Assembly: GCA_902595755.1 (NCBI GenBank)
Contig: CACJRF010000001.1
Span: 65,447 to 129,446, forward strand
Direction: 5' to 3'
DNA from: an uncultured Alphaproteobacteria bacterium
Lineage (GTDB): Bacteria > Pseudomonadota > Alphaproteobacteria > Methylaequorales > Methylaequoraceae
Length of the DNA: 64,000 bases
Shown here: positions 1 through 8,787 of the stretch, one piece after another
Position numbering within the stretch: position 1 is the stretch's first letter
Layout: each line of letters begins with the position of its first letter
Program-made: the position numbers and the translations under genes
The notes under the pieces: model-generated
What the model was told of the DNA's origin: nothing
The model's database searches: none
Seen by the model: only the letters and a program-made list of their open reading frames with translations

Positions 1-740
1 AAAACTTCATCTAAATTTAATTCTTTGCTACTAACTTTCCCATCAATTAAGGTCTTGTCTTTAAAATTAATGTAACCGTTGTAAAAGACTTTATTTTTAT
101 TTAAAAAACTCTGATCTACTTGATACTTAAAACTATCTTCAAAGCTCCCTAAAATTTTTGAATTAAAATTAGATTTAATATTGGAATAGTAAAATTTTAA
201 TTGAAGATCATAATAGTTAGCGATATTTAATGAACCATTGAGATTTTTAAGTTCATGAAAAGTACCGCCACGATCAAAAGTTAAAACTCCATCTTCAATT
301 ATTACTTTCTTAAATTTCTTTGCTAGATTTTGTATATCAGCAAACGAATCTTTAGGATTATTTACTAAAATAAATCTCGTTTTAGCAATTTTTTTTTGAG
401 TAATATTTAATTCTGGTTCAAATAAATGTAAATTTTTAATCTCTGGATCAAGAACTAGTATTGATCTCCAAGATGAGGTTAAACTAAGTTCTTTTACTTT
501 AAGGTCTAAATTTAAAATCCTATCAAAGTATTCTATTCTTTTGAGTTTAATTTGTGGAAACGGAAAAAAATTCAATTCTATTTCATGATCATACTGTATT
601 TCTTTACCAAAATCCGACCTAATTTTATCATTAATTTTTTGAATAAATTTTTCCTTATCAATTGATAAGACCAACCCTAGAAACAAAGCTACTATGGTTA
701 TAGCAACTATAATTAAATACTTTAGAAGCCTAAACAACAC
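1..740 (-). CDS. AsmA-family envelope biogenesis protein, N-terminal part (gene continues past the window start)
   Basis: My own minus-strand translation from GTG 740 (or TTG 737) stays open to position 1: VLFRLLKYLIIVAITIVALFLGLVLSIDKEKFIQKINDKIRSDFGKEIQYDHEIELNFFPFPQIKLKRIEYFD... It has a single N-terminal TM helix followed by the FFPFP..L motif pattern typical of AsmA N-termini. It is absent from the ORF track because it runs off the edge. Confidence 0.55.
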   Translation of the reverse strand, partial: MLFRLLKYLIIVAITIVALFLGLVLSIDKEKFIQKINDKIRSDFGKEIQYDHEIELNFFPFPQIKLKRIEYFDRILNLDLKVKELSLTSSWRSILVLDPEIKNLHLFEPELNITQKKIAKTRFILVNNPKDSFADIQNLAKKFKKVIIEDGVLTFDRGGTFHELKNLNGSLNIANYYDLQLKFYYSNIKSNFNSKILGSFEDSFKYQVDQSFLNKNKVFYNGYINFKDKTLIDGKVSSKELNLDEV

Positions 741-1327
741 TATTTTTTATTTGATTTTAGATATCTTGGTCTGTGGGGACCAGAAAGGACAATGAACTGC
801 TCTTCGTTTTTTGTATTTCTGAATGATAAAAAAGACGGGGACTGATTTTCGTTTCTCCAAAGTTCATAAACTTGAAATGCTTGGTTAGCGTGTCTTCTTC
901 CCTTAAACCAGGAATCATCAGCTATTACATATGCTGCGGCACCACCTAGATGTTTAACGTCTAGAAATGTATCTACTGCAATAGCTTCTTTAATTGATTT
1001 ACTCATTTCAAGAACTCTAGATTTAAAATTGCTAAAGGTTTTGTCATAGTTTTTTGATTTTATTTTTTTTTCAGGTTTTGATTCTGAAAAGTCATCCTCT
1101 AACACCCAACCAACAAGTCCTGTTTGTTGATCAAGAACATTGATCCAGTTTTCTTGTTTTTTATTTTTAATAAGTTCCTTTGCATGATCAAGAGGATAAA
1201 TTACAGGAGAAGATATATCGGGCTTCATATATAAATTAGTAGCGGTTTTAACACTAAAAACCTTTTCTTCCGAGAAAGTTTGGGTATAAACTGTTAAAGT
1301 GAAAAGAATAATAAAAATCTTCATCAT
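740..1327 (-). CDS. Secreted hypothetical protein with an SH3b-like N-terminal domain
   Basis: 195-aa ORF with a signal peptide (MMKIFIILFTLTVYTQTFS). The segment ..ATNLYMKPDISSPVIYPL..WINVLDQQTGLVGWVLEDD resembles bacterial SH3 domains. Its stop overlaps the start of the AsmA-like gene (TAGTG). Confidence 0.5.
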   Translation of the reverse strand: MMKIFIILFTLTVYTQTFSEEKVFSVKTATNLYMKPDISSPVIYPLDHAKELIKNKKQENWINVLDQQTGLVGWVLEDDFSESKPEKKIKSKNYDKTFSNFKSRVLEMSKSIKEAIAVDTFLDVKHLGGAAAYVIADDSWFKGRRHANQAFQVYELWRNENQSPSFLSFRNTKNEEQFIVLSGPHRPRYLKSNKK

Positions 1328-1351
1328 AAGATTTTATAAAGACATTTTTAG

Positions 1352-2065
1352 ATGAGTCAACCGATTATATATAACAAATTTAAATCTGTAAATTATGATC
1401 AGAGAAAATTTGACATTTCCTTAATAATTATTCACTTTACCGAAACGAAAACGTTTAATGAAGCTTTGAATTTACTTACATCTTTAGAAAGAAAGGTAAG
1501 TTCTCATTATTTGATTGATAAAAGTGGTGATATTTTTAATCTAGTGGATCTAGATAAAAGGGCTTGGCATGCAGGTGAATCAATGTGGGGTAATTATAAT
1601 GATATCAATAGTAGATCCATAGGAATTGAAATTGTAAATTCTGGTGAAGTAATGAAAGAAGATTATACTACTAAACAAATAAATTCCCTTTCTGTTTTAC
1701 TGAATAGTTTATTAAAAGATTATAATATAGAAAATATCTTAGGGCATAGCGATATTGCTCCTACAAGAAAAATTGACCCTGGGGTTCATTTTCCATGGCA
1801 AAAAATCTATCAAAATCTTGGACTAGAATGGGTTAAAGACAGGATAAATGATGAAAGAGTAAAAAGATCAGATTATTTAGTTTTTCTGAAAAGATTAAAA
1901 GAATTTGGATATCCTTACATTGAAATGAACACGAGTTACAGCAAAAATCAACTAATCATTAATGCTTTTCATAGAAGATATCTTCCTAAACTTTTATATA
2001 AAAAATTAACGCTTACAAGCTTGAATAAAATAAATGATTTACTAAGAAATAAAAAAAAATATTGA
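1352..2065 (+). CDS. ampD: N-acetylmuramoyl-L-alanine amidase, AmpD-like (amidase_2 family)
   Basis: 237 aa. Motifs IIHFTE.., SSHYLID..G.I..LV....RAWHAG.S.W......NS.SIGIEIVN and GHSDIAP.RK.DPG..FPW are typical of the AmpD/amidase_2 family. The C-terminal tail resembles a peptidoglycan-binding domain. Confidence 0.85.
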   Translation: MSQPIIYNKFKSVNYDQRKFDISLIIIHFTETKTFNEALNLLTSLERKVSSHYLIDKSGDIFNLVDLDKRAWHAGESMWGNYNDINSRSIGIEIVNSGEVMKEDYTTKQINSLSVLLNSLLKDYNIENILGHSDIAPTRKIDPGVHFPWQKIYQNLGLEWVKDRINDERVKRSDYLVFLKRLKEFGYPYIEMNTSYSKNQLIINAFHRRYLPKLLYKKLTLTSLNKINDLLRNKKKY

Positions 2066-2098
2066 CTTAATCTATTTAAATTTGATTTATTTGATACA

Positions 2099-2450
2099 CT
2101 AGATGGTTGTGTGACTGCCTTTTTAAGGAGGAAAGTCCGGACTCATCAGAGCACCAAAGCCGGATAACGTCCGGCGGGGGTAACCCTAGGGAAAGTGCAA
2201 CAGAAAATATACCGCCACATTAGTGGTAAGGGTGAAATGGTGAGGTAAGAGCTCACCACTTTTTTGGTAACAAAGAAGGTATTGTAAACCCCTTTGGGAG
2301 CAAATCCAAGTAAGCTAGTCATTTAAAATGACATGCGATGCTCTGCGTATAGCTTGGTGGGATGCTAGAAATAACTGGTAACAGTTATTCAAGATTAATA
2401 GTCACAACCTAAAAATTTTGGGAACAGAATCCGGCTTATAAACCATCTAG
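2099..2450 (+). ncRNA. rnpB: RNase P RNA, bacterial type A
   Basis: GC-rich island in AT-rich DNA. Universal P4 strands are present: AGGAGGAAAGTCCGGACTC (2126 onward) and ACAGAATCCGGCTTATA (about 2423-2439). Other type A blocks are GGTAAGGGTGAAATGGTGAGGTAAGAGCTCACC and GCAACAGAAA. The P1 helix pairs CTAGATGGTT (2099-2108) with AACCATCTAG (2441-2450) and is followed by a T-run. Ends are uncertain by about 5 nt. Confidence 0.93.
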
Positions 2451-2478
2451 TATTTTTTTCTTGAAAAGTGGTTGAAAA

Positions 2479-2503
2479 TACCATAATATCCCATAATATC
2501 CCA
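2479..2503 (-). promoter_or_regulatory. MraZ-operator-like array: TGGGA-TATTA-TGGGA-TATTA-TGGTA (read on the minus strand), 10-bp phasing
   Basis: The plus strand reads TACCA TAATA TCCCA TAATA TCCCA and ends 13 nt before the mraZ ATG. It matches the TGGGN-N5 direct-repeat architecture reported for the E. coli MraZ operator. Candidate sigma70 elements overlap the array: TTGAAA (2461-2466 and 2472-2477) with TAATAT (2484-2489 and 2494-2499). Confidence 0.45.
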
Positions 2504-2516
2504 AGTAAGGATTATT

Positions 2517-2981
2517 ATGGCTTTATTTTTGTCGACAACTATTAATAAAATGGACTCTAAATGCAGGGTATCTGTACCATCAAATTTTAGAAGTTCTTTA
2601 CAGAAACAAAGTTTCAAGGGTTTAATCGCTTTTCCTTCCTATAAAGGTCCAAACATAGACGCTTGTGGAATAGACCGTATGGAAAGGATATCTGATGACC
2701 TTGATAATAACAACGAATACTCACAAGAAGAATTTGATCTGATATCACTTTACTTTGGTGAAGCTGAACAACTACCCTTTGATAAAGAGGGTAGGATTGT
2801 TATGCCAAAGAAATTGGTAGAGCATGCACTCATTAAAAATGAGGTTCTATTTGTGGGTTTGGGACCTACTTTTCAGATGTGGAATCCTGAAAAGTATAAA
2901 AAAATTAAGGAACTTACTATTAAAAGAGCGAGTGAAAAAAAACTTAATCCGCGCTTAAAACCAATTCCAAAAGGAGTATGA
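2517..2981 (+). CDS. mraZ: Division/cell-wall cluster transcriptional regulator MraZ
   Basis: 154 aa. The N-terminus ..INKMDSKCRVSVPSNFR and a second ..DKEGRIVMPKKL.. half match the duplicated SpoVT/AbrB-like MraZ repeats. It is the first gene of the dcw cluster. Confidence 0.92.
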   Translation: MALFLSTTINKMDSKCRVSVPSNFRSSLQKQSFKGLIAFPSYKGPNIDACGIDRMERISDDLDNNNEYSQEEFDLISLYFGEAEQLPFDKEGRIVMPKKLVEHALIKNEVLFVGLGPTFQMWNPEKYKKIKELTIKRASEKKLNPRLKPIPKGV

Positions 2982-2994
2982 CTAGGGAGCTATT

Positions 2995-4512
2995 ATGACA
3001 CTTCATCTAAAAATGCCATCACATAATAATAATTTATCACCTCGAATCCTTGTTATCGGAGTGGGAGGAGCTGGAGGAAATATAATAAATAGTATGATTG
3101 AATCTGGTATTGAGGGAGTTGACTTTCTAAATGTAAACACTGATAGTCAACAACTTAAACACTCTAAGGTAGAGAAAACCCTACAACTGGGACCCTCTTG
3201 TACGGCGGGTTTAGGTGCAGGGGCTGATCCAGAGCTTGGTAAAAAGGCAGCAGAAGAAGTAATAGATGAAATTGAACAATATCTTCAAGACGCTAATATG
3301 GTTTTCTTAACAGCAGGAATGGGAGGTGGAACTGGTACTGGAGCAAGTCCAGTAATAGCAAGAATTGCTAAGGAAAAAGGTATTCTTACTGTTGGTGTGG
3401 TAACCAAGCCATTCGAAATGGAGGGTAATAGAAAAATTAATAGAGCTGATGAAGGCGTTATTGAATTGCAGAGATATGTTGATAATTTAATTGTTATACC
3501 AAATCAGAATATATTCCATCTGGCAAGACCAGACACTCCAGTTATAGATTCTCTTCAATTTGCAAATGATGTTTTAATTGATGGAGTTAAAAGTATTATT
3601 GATTTAATGGTTAAACCTGGAATAATGAACCATGACTTTGCTGATGTTAAAGCGATAATGAGCGAGACAGGTAAGGTTCATTTAGGTACTGGAATAGCAG
3701 AAGGAGAAGATAGAATAAATGCTGCAACAGATAGAGCAATATCGAATCCGCTGCTAGAAAATAATACGATCGCAGGTGCAAGAGGTGTTTTAATAAATAT
3801 TTCCTGTGGAAATGATACATCATTACATGAGGTTGAAACAGCTGTATCAAAAGTTAAAGAAGAGGTTGACATTAACGCAAACCTAATTTGGGGCATACAA
3901 CAAGATGATAAATTAGATGGAAAGTTCAGAATTTCAGTCATTGCGACTGGAATTGAGTCAGAAAGTTACTACCAAAATCTAATAGATTCAAATAATTCAA
4001 ATGAAAATTTTATTAATGAATTTTCTACTACTCAAATAAATAATATAAATCAAAATCAAACAGAATCGGCTGTTCAAGAAAATAAAGATCAAAGAAAAGG
4101 CTTTATAATTAATCTCCAAGAATCTAATAAATCCATTGATGAAGATTTAAAAGTTCAAGAAAAAATTATTAGAGACGATAATTTAAAAGTAAATAAGAAA
4201 ACCTCATTTTTTTCAAAACTTTTTGGTAAAAAAAATAATAAAGAAATTAAAATAGAAGAAAGCAAAGTTAATTTTTTTGAGGAAATTAGAGAAATTTCAG
4301 AAAAAAATGAAACAGAAAATACTAATACTTCTAATGACCAGTTCTCAGAAACAAATCTATCTGAGAATAATATGTCAAAATTTAATCATTCTTCAAATAA
4401 TCACGCTGAGGAAAAAGTAGAGGACGAAATTAAAAATAGTGAAGAGATATCAAATGATATAAATGATGATTTATTACAAATACCTGCATTCTTAAGAAGA
4501 CAAGCAAATTGA
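2995..4512 (+). CDS. ftsZ: Cell division GTPase FtsZ
   Basis: 505 aa. Motifs: [10 protein letters not shown], the tubulin signature [35 protein letters not shown], and the T7 loop region LIVIPNQN. A long N/E/K/S-rich linker is followed by the conserved C-terminal peptide [15 protein letters not shown]. An SD-like GGGAG lies 6 nt upstream. Confidence 0.97.
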   Translation: MTLHLKMPSHNNNLSPRILVIGVGGAGGNIINSMIESGIEGVDFLNVNTDSQQLKHSKVEKTLQLGPSCTAGLGAGADPELGKKAAEEVIDEIEQYLQDANMVFLTAGMGGGTGTGASPVIARIAKEKGILTVGVVTKPFEMEGNRKINRADEGVIELQRYVDNLIVIPNQNIFHLARPDTPVIDSLQFANDVLIDGVKSIIDLMVKPGIMNHDFADVKAIMSETGKVHLGTGIAEGEDRINAATDRAISNPLLENNTIAGARGVLINISCGNDTSLHEVETAVSKVKEEVDINANLIWGIQQDDKLDGKFRISVIATGIESESYYQNLIDSNNSNENFINEFSTTQINNINQNQTESAVQENKDQRKGFIINLQESNKSIDEDLKVQEKIIRDDNLKVNKKTSFFSKLFGKKNNKEIKIEESKVNFFEEIREISEKNETENTNTSNDQFSETNLSENNMSKFNHSSNNHAEEKVEDEIKNSEEISNDINDDLLQIPAFLRRQAN

Positions 4513-5399
4513 TGGATAAAGAATTATCGCATTTCCCTGTAATGGTTAATGAGATTGTTTCATTTATAAAACCTGAAGATAATGGAATTTATCTCGACTG
4601 TACATTTGGTCAAGGTGGTTATACAAAAGCAATTTTTAAGATATCTGAAAAAGCAAATGTTATTGCAATAGATCAAGATTCAGATACTAAAATTTTTGTT
4701 GAAGAAATATCAAGGCAGTTTAGAAATAATTTTTTTTTTTTTTGTAATAAATTCAGTGAAATAGATAAAATTTTAAAAAAAATTGATCAGGAACAATTTG
4801 ACGGCATTCTTTTGGATTTAGGTATGTCAAACACTCAATTAAATAATCCATCACGAGGGTTTTCGTTTGAAAAGGATGGACCACTTGATATGAGGATGGA
4901 CTACAAAAATAATCAACTAACAGCAAAAGAAATAATAAATAATTATTCTGAAAAGGACTTAGCAAATATTTTCTACTATTATGGTGAGGAAAGAAACTCT
5001 AGAAAGATTGCTAGACAAATAATAAACTATAGGACAAAAGAACCAATTAATACTACATCTGAATTATCAAAAATAATAAAAAAGGTAAATTTTGATAAAT
5101 TTAAAAACCCATCAACTAGAGTATTTCAAGCATTGAGAATATACGTTAACGACGAATTAAATGAGTTAGAATCTTTTTTGAATAAAAGTATTAATATTTT
5201 AAAAAGAAAGGGCAGAATAGCTATTATTACTTTTCATTCTTTAGAGGATAGAATAGTAAAAAATTTTATTAAAAAACAGTCAGAACTATCTGGTCAACTC
5301 AAAATAATAACAAAAAAACCTGTGATACCTAGCCTGCATGAAGTTAAAATTAACTCTCGCTCAAGATCGGCAAAATTAAGAGTAGCAGAAAAAATATGA
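4512..5399 (+). CDS. rsmH: 16S rRNA (cytosine1402-N4)-methyltransferase RsmH (MraW)
   Basis: HFPVMVNE.., DCTFGQGGY, LLDLGMSN.QL and ITFHSLEDRIVK are typical of RsmH. ATG 4512 overlaps the ftsZ TGA (TGATG). TTG 4509 from the ORF track is an alternative start. Confidence 0.95.
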   Translation: MDKELSHFPVMVNEIVSFIKPEDNGIYLDCTFGQGGYTKAIFKISEKANVIAIDQDSDTKIFVEEISRQFRNNFFFFCNKFSEIDKILKKIDQEQFDGILLDLGMSNTQLNNPSRGFSFEKDGPLDMRMDYKNNQLTAKEIINNYSEKDLANIFYYYGEERNSRKIARQIINYRTKEPINTTSELSKIIKKVNFDKFKNPSTRVFQALRIYVNDELNELESFLNKSINILKRKGRIAIITFHSLEDRIVKNFIKKQSELSGQLKIITKKPVIPSLHEVKINSRSRSAKLRVAEKI

Positions 5400-5650
5400 G
5401 GCATTTATCTGTAACTTTATTTTTTTTAACTTTATGTTTAACAATATTTACTAAAATTTTAGTATCTGATCAAGAAAATCAGATCAAAAAATTAGAAAAT
5501 AAAATTTTAGGGATTGACGAAAGAATTAATAGATTAAAAGTTGATTTATCTTATGTTACAAGGCCTAAAAAACTTCAAGAAATAAATTCAAAAGAGTTTA
5601 AATTATTACCAATTTTACAAGAAGATGTAATCAAATATAAAAATGACTGA
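5396..5650 (+). CDS. ftsL: Cell division protein FtsL-like (small bitopic membrane protein with a coiled coil)
   Basis: 84 aa with an N-terminal TM helix and then a heptad-like segment. It sits between rsmH and ftsI, where ftsL lies in dcw clusters. Its ATGA start overlaps the rsmH stop. Confidence 0.6.
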   Translation: MRHLSVTLFFLTLCLTIFTKILVSDQENQIKKLENKILGIDERINRLKVDLSYVTRPKKLQEINSKEFKLLPILQEDVIKYKND

Positions 5651-7328
5651 AAAAAATTTTACTGGATTAGTATACGATAATATTTTCCCTAGAAGTATAG
5701 GTAAAGAGTCAAAAAAAATTTACTTTCATGATAGTAATGACCTTATTCGAAATTCACGAAAAGAAGAAATAAAAAAATTTGCTAAAAAAACAAACCTATT
5801 ATTTTTTTTTATTTCATTAGCATTTCTTATGTTTATTTTAATTAACCTTTTAAAGATTTCATTAAATAAGTTCGACTTAAATCAGATATATCCCAAAACT
5901 GACATTTCTCGAGGAGAGATACTTGATAGAAATGGGGAGGTACTTGCCACTTCTATAAAAACTAAAGATCTTTATATAAATTCAAGAAATATTCTAGACA
6001 AGGGAAAACTTTCGATGAAGTTAAAAGAAATATTTCCGAATAAAGAGAGTCTGCCAAAATTAAATAAAAAAAAATATTTTTTATTTAAAAAATATTTGTC
6101 AATAGATGAAATTAATAAATTAAAAAAAATTGGTGATCCAGGAATAGTATTTCAAACATCTGAGAAAAGAATTTATCCACAACATAATATTTTTTCACAT
6201 TTAACTGGATTTAAAATTGATAAATTAAAAAGTAAGCTAGAAAATAATTTTGATTCAACATTATCACTTGGAAAAGATTTAAAACTTACAGTCGACTTAA
6301 AAGTTCAAAATATTGTTAGAGATGAATTGATCAAAGGCCTTGAAATCTATAATGCTAAATCAGCCTTATCAATTGTTATGAATGTCAAAAATGGAGAAAT
6401 ATTATCAATGGTTTCACTTCCTGACTTTGATCCAAACTTTCCAAAAACAATTCAAGATTTCACAGAAAATAACTTGGTAACTGAGGCACGTTATGAAATG
6501 GGGTCAACTCTAAAAATGTTTAATGCAGCTTTAGCTTTTGAATTAAAATCTAATTTAATTAGGAAAAATTTTGATATTTCGCAAGGATACCAATTAACAA
6601 ATAAAAATACTATAAGCGATAGTCATATTAATCTTGATAAGATAAACTTTGATCAAGCGTTTGTTCATTCATCAAACATTGCTAGTATAAAAATTATTGA
6701 AGAGATTGGTATTGAAAAACAAAAGGAATTATTCAAAAATATAGGTTTAATTGATAATCCAAATGTAAATGGTCTTAATGTAGTTTCTAACAAAGGGCCT
6801 AGAATTTGGAATGATACATATTCAAAGTCTATGAGTTATGGTTACGGTATATCCCTATCCCCAATTAGTTTAGTTTCTTCATTTGCAACATTAGTGAATG
6901 GGGGGAAAATAGTTACACCAAATATTATTAAGACAAAACTAAACGGAAATAAGAAAAAAGTTTTGTCTAATGAAACCTCAAAACAGATTAATATTTTATT
7001 AGAAAAAGTTGTAAAAAATGGAACAGGTAAAACAGCCGCAGTAGCTGGTTTAAAATTAGGTGGTAAAACTGGAACGTCAAAAAAAGTTGAAAATGGACAG
7101 TATTCAGAAAAAAAAGTAATTACCTCTTTTATTGGAGTTTTTCCAATTGAAGATCCAAATTTTCTGACATTTGTTCTTTTTGATGAACCTCAAAGAAATA
7201 CGGGATTATCATTGGAGAGTTTTGGAAGCAATACTGCCGCACCAACCTTTTCAAAAATTGTGAGTAAAATTTCACCAATACTTATTCAAAATAATTATTT
7301 TAAATATTCGCGTAATGAAAGTAGATGA
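5643..7328 (+). CDS. ftsI: Peptidoglycan D,D-transpeptidase FtsI (PBP3)
   Basis: 561 aa with a TM anchor, a PBP dimerisation region (RIYPQH..) and transpeptidase motifs (..GSTLK.., SSN, KTGT). Confidence 0.92.
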   Translation: MTEKNFTGLVYDNIFPRSIGKESKKIYFHDSNDLIRNSRKEEIKKFAKKTNLLFFFISLAFLMFILINLLKISLNKFDLNQIYPKTDISRGEILDRNGEVLATSIKTKDLYINSRNILDKGKLSMKLKEIFPNKESLPKLNKKKYFLFKKYLSIDEINKLKKIGDPGIVFQTSEKRIYPQHNIFSHLTGFKIDKLKSKLENNFDSTLSLGKDLKLTVDLKVQNIVRDELIKGLEIYNAKSALSIVMNVKNGEILSMVSLPDFDPNFPKTIQDFTENNLVTEARYEMGSTLKMFNAALAFELKSNLIRKNFDISQGYQLTNKNTISDSHINLDKINFDQAFVHSSNIASIKIIEEIGIEKQKELFKNIGLIDNPNVNGLNVVSNKGPRIWNDTYSKSMSYGYGISLSPISLVSSFATLVNGGKIVTPNIIKTKLNGNKKKVLSNETSKQINILLEKVVKNGTGKTAAVAGLKLGGKTGTSKKVENGQYSEKKVITSFIGVFPIEDPNFLTFVLFDEPQRNTGLSLESFGSNTAAPTFSKIVSKISPILIQNNYFKYSRNESR

Positions 7329-8787
7329 GATTTTGAAGAAATGTAGTGTCAGTCACTATGTTCAGAAGATAAAAAATTTTACTGTTAAGGGTATTTCATT
7401 CAATTCTAAAGCTATAAAAGAAAATTTTATTTTTGCCGTTGTCAAAGGCTCTCGAGATAATGGTGAAAAATATCTTAAGGATCTAATAAAATTAAATAAT
7501 ATTGGAATTATAGTTGGAGAAGAGTATCAACTAAAAAAAGATCATCGAGAATTATTAATTATCAAAACAAGGGATGTAAGAAGTTTAGCTGGTGAAATTG
7601 CATCCATAATTTATCCAAACTGTATAAATGAAAAAATTGCTATTACAGGAACAAATGGAAAAACAAGCATATCCCACTATGTTTCGGAATTAAGCTCTAA
7701 TCAAAAAATATCAAACTGTATTTTTGGAACACTTGGAATAATTTTTAATAATAAACGAATATTAAACACAGATCTTACTACAAATGAATCTATTATAAAT
7801 CATAAATATATGAATGAACTAAGTAAAAGAAACTGCAAAAGAGTAATATTTGAAGCATCAAGTATTGGTCTAGATCAAAAGAGATTGCAAAATATTAAAT
7901 TTGACAAGATTGCTATAACAAATCTTACAATGGATCACCTCGATTATCACAAAACCTTCAAAAAATATAGATATTCTAAATCTTTACTTTTCAGAAAACA
8001 TTGTCATAAAAATACGATTGTTGTTATTAATGCCGATACTTCAGAATCTAATTATTTCAAAAAGATTTCCCAAAAAAAGAACCTTACAGTGTTAGATTAC
8101 GGTAAAAAAGCAAAATATTTAAGGTTATTAAAATTTGAAAAAGTTAAAAATAGATTTGATGTAAACATTTCTATAAATGATAAAAATTTTGTGCTTAATT
8201 TTAATTGTAGTGCAATATACCAAATTTACAATCAGATATGTGCTTTACTTTTAGTATATGGTAAGAATCTGATAAATGAAGAAATTAAAAATATAAATTT
8301 ATCTGATCCAGATGGAAGGTTGGAAAAAGTATATGATAGCGATAATAAAAGAATTTTTATTGATTATGCTCATACCCCAGACGCTTTAAAAAATGTTTTA
8401 TCTAGCTTATCTGAAGACATTAAAGGAAGATTAATTATTGTCTTTGGTTGCGGTGGGGATAGAGACTCTTCAAAAAGATCATTAATGACTAAAGAAGCCA
8501 TAAAATTTTGTGACAAAATTTATTTAACATCTGATAACCCTAGAAATGAAAGTTTGAAAAATATATTTGAAGATATGAAAAAAGGAATTTTAAAAAAAAA
8601 TTTAGAAAATATATCTACGATAAATAATAGAAAAATAGCAATTGAAAAGGCAATAAAAGATTTAAAAAATGGTGATGTATTACTTATAGCAGGAAAGGGA
8701 CATGAAAATTACCAAATCATAAAAAATAAAAGAATACCTTTTTCTGATAAAAAGATCATTTTAAATAGGTTAAGTTTAAATGAATAA
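7315..8787 (+). CDS. murE: UDP-N-acetylmuramoyl-L-alanyl-D-glutamate--2,6-diaminopimelate ligase MurE
   Basis: 490 aa with the Mur ligase P-loop ITGTNGKTS, DYAHTPDAL and LTSDNPRNE (the DNPR motif of meso-DAP-adding enzymes). Confidence 0.93.
   Translation: MKVDEILKKCSVSHYVQKIKNFTVKGISFNSKAIKENFIFAVVKGSRDNGEKYLKDLIKLNNIGIIVGEEYQLKKDHRELLIIKTRDVRSLAGEIASIIYPNCINEKIAITGTNGKTSISHYVSELSSNQKISNCIFGTLGIIFNNKRILNTDLTTNESIINHKYMNELSKRNCKRVIFEASSIGLDQKRLQNIKFDKIAITNLTMDHLDYHKTFKKYRYSKSLLFRKHCHKNTIVVINADTSESNYFKKISQKKNLTVLDYGKKAKYLRLLKFEKVKNRFDVNISINDKNFVLNFNCSAIYQIYNQICALLLVYGKNLINEEIKNINLSDPDGRLEKVYDSDNKRIFIDYAHTPDALKNVLSSLSEDIKGRLIIVFGCGGDRDSSKRSLMTKEAIKFCDKIYLTSDNPRNESLKNIFEDMKKGILKKNLENISTINNRKIAIEKAIKDLKNGDVLLIAGKGHENYQIIKNKRIPFSDKKIILNRLSLNE

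Noticed and set aside
3647-3941. Two minus-strand ORFs (67 and 87 aa) nested antisense within ftsZ. Similar nested ORFs occur at 4753-4965, 12625-12891, 13486-13686, 13778-14011, 14890-15261, 16859-17056, 17256-17694, 18299-18493, 18973-19362, 20490-20741 and 22256-22480, inside uvrD, metH, metF, mlaA, rpoD, dnaG, yqeY, carB, uvrB, uvrC and mobB, and inside the kinase gene.
   Set aside because: Each lies wholly inside a strongly conserved gene on the other strand or in another frame. Their compositions are low-complexity mirror images of the real gene (rich in S, L, F, I). None has a recognisable motif, and the genome has no room for them. They are typical shadow ORFs.
6173-6181. Perfect DnaA box TTATCCACA inside ftsI.
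   Set aside because: It lies in coding sequence for the conserved ..RIYPQH.. motif. About one perfect box per 64 kb is expected by chance at this base composition. I kept it only as a calibration for the box upstream of uvrC.
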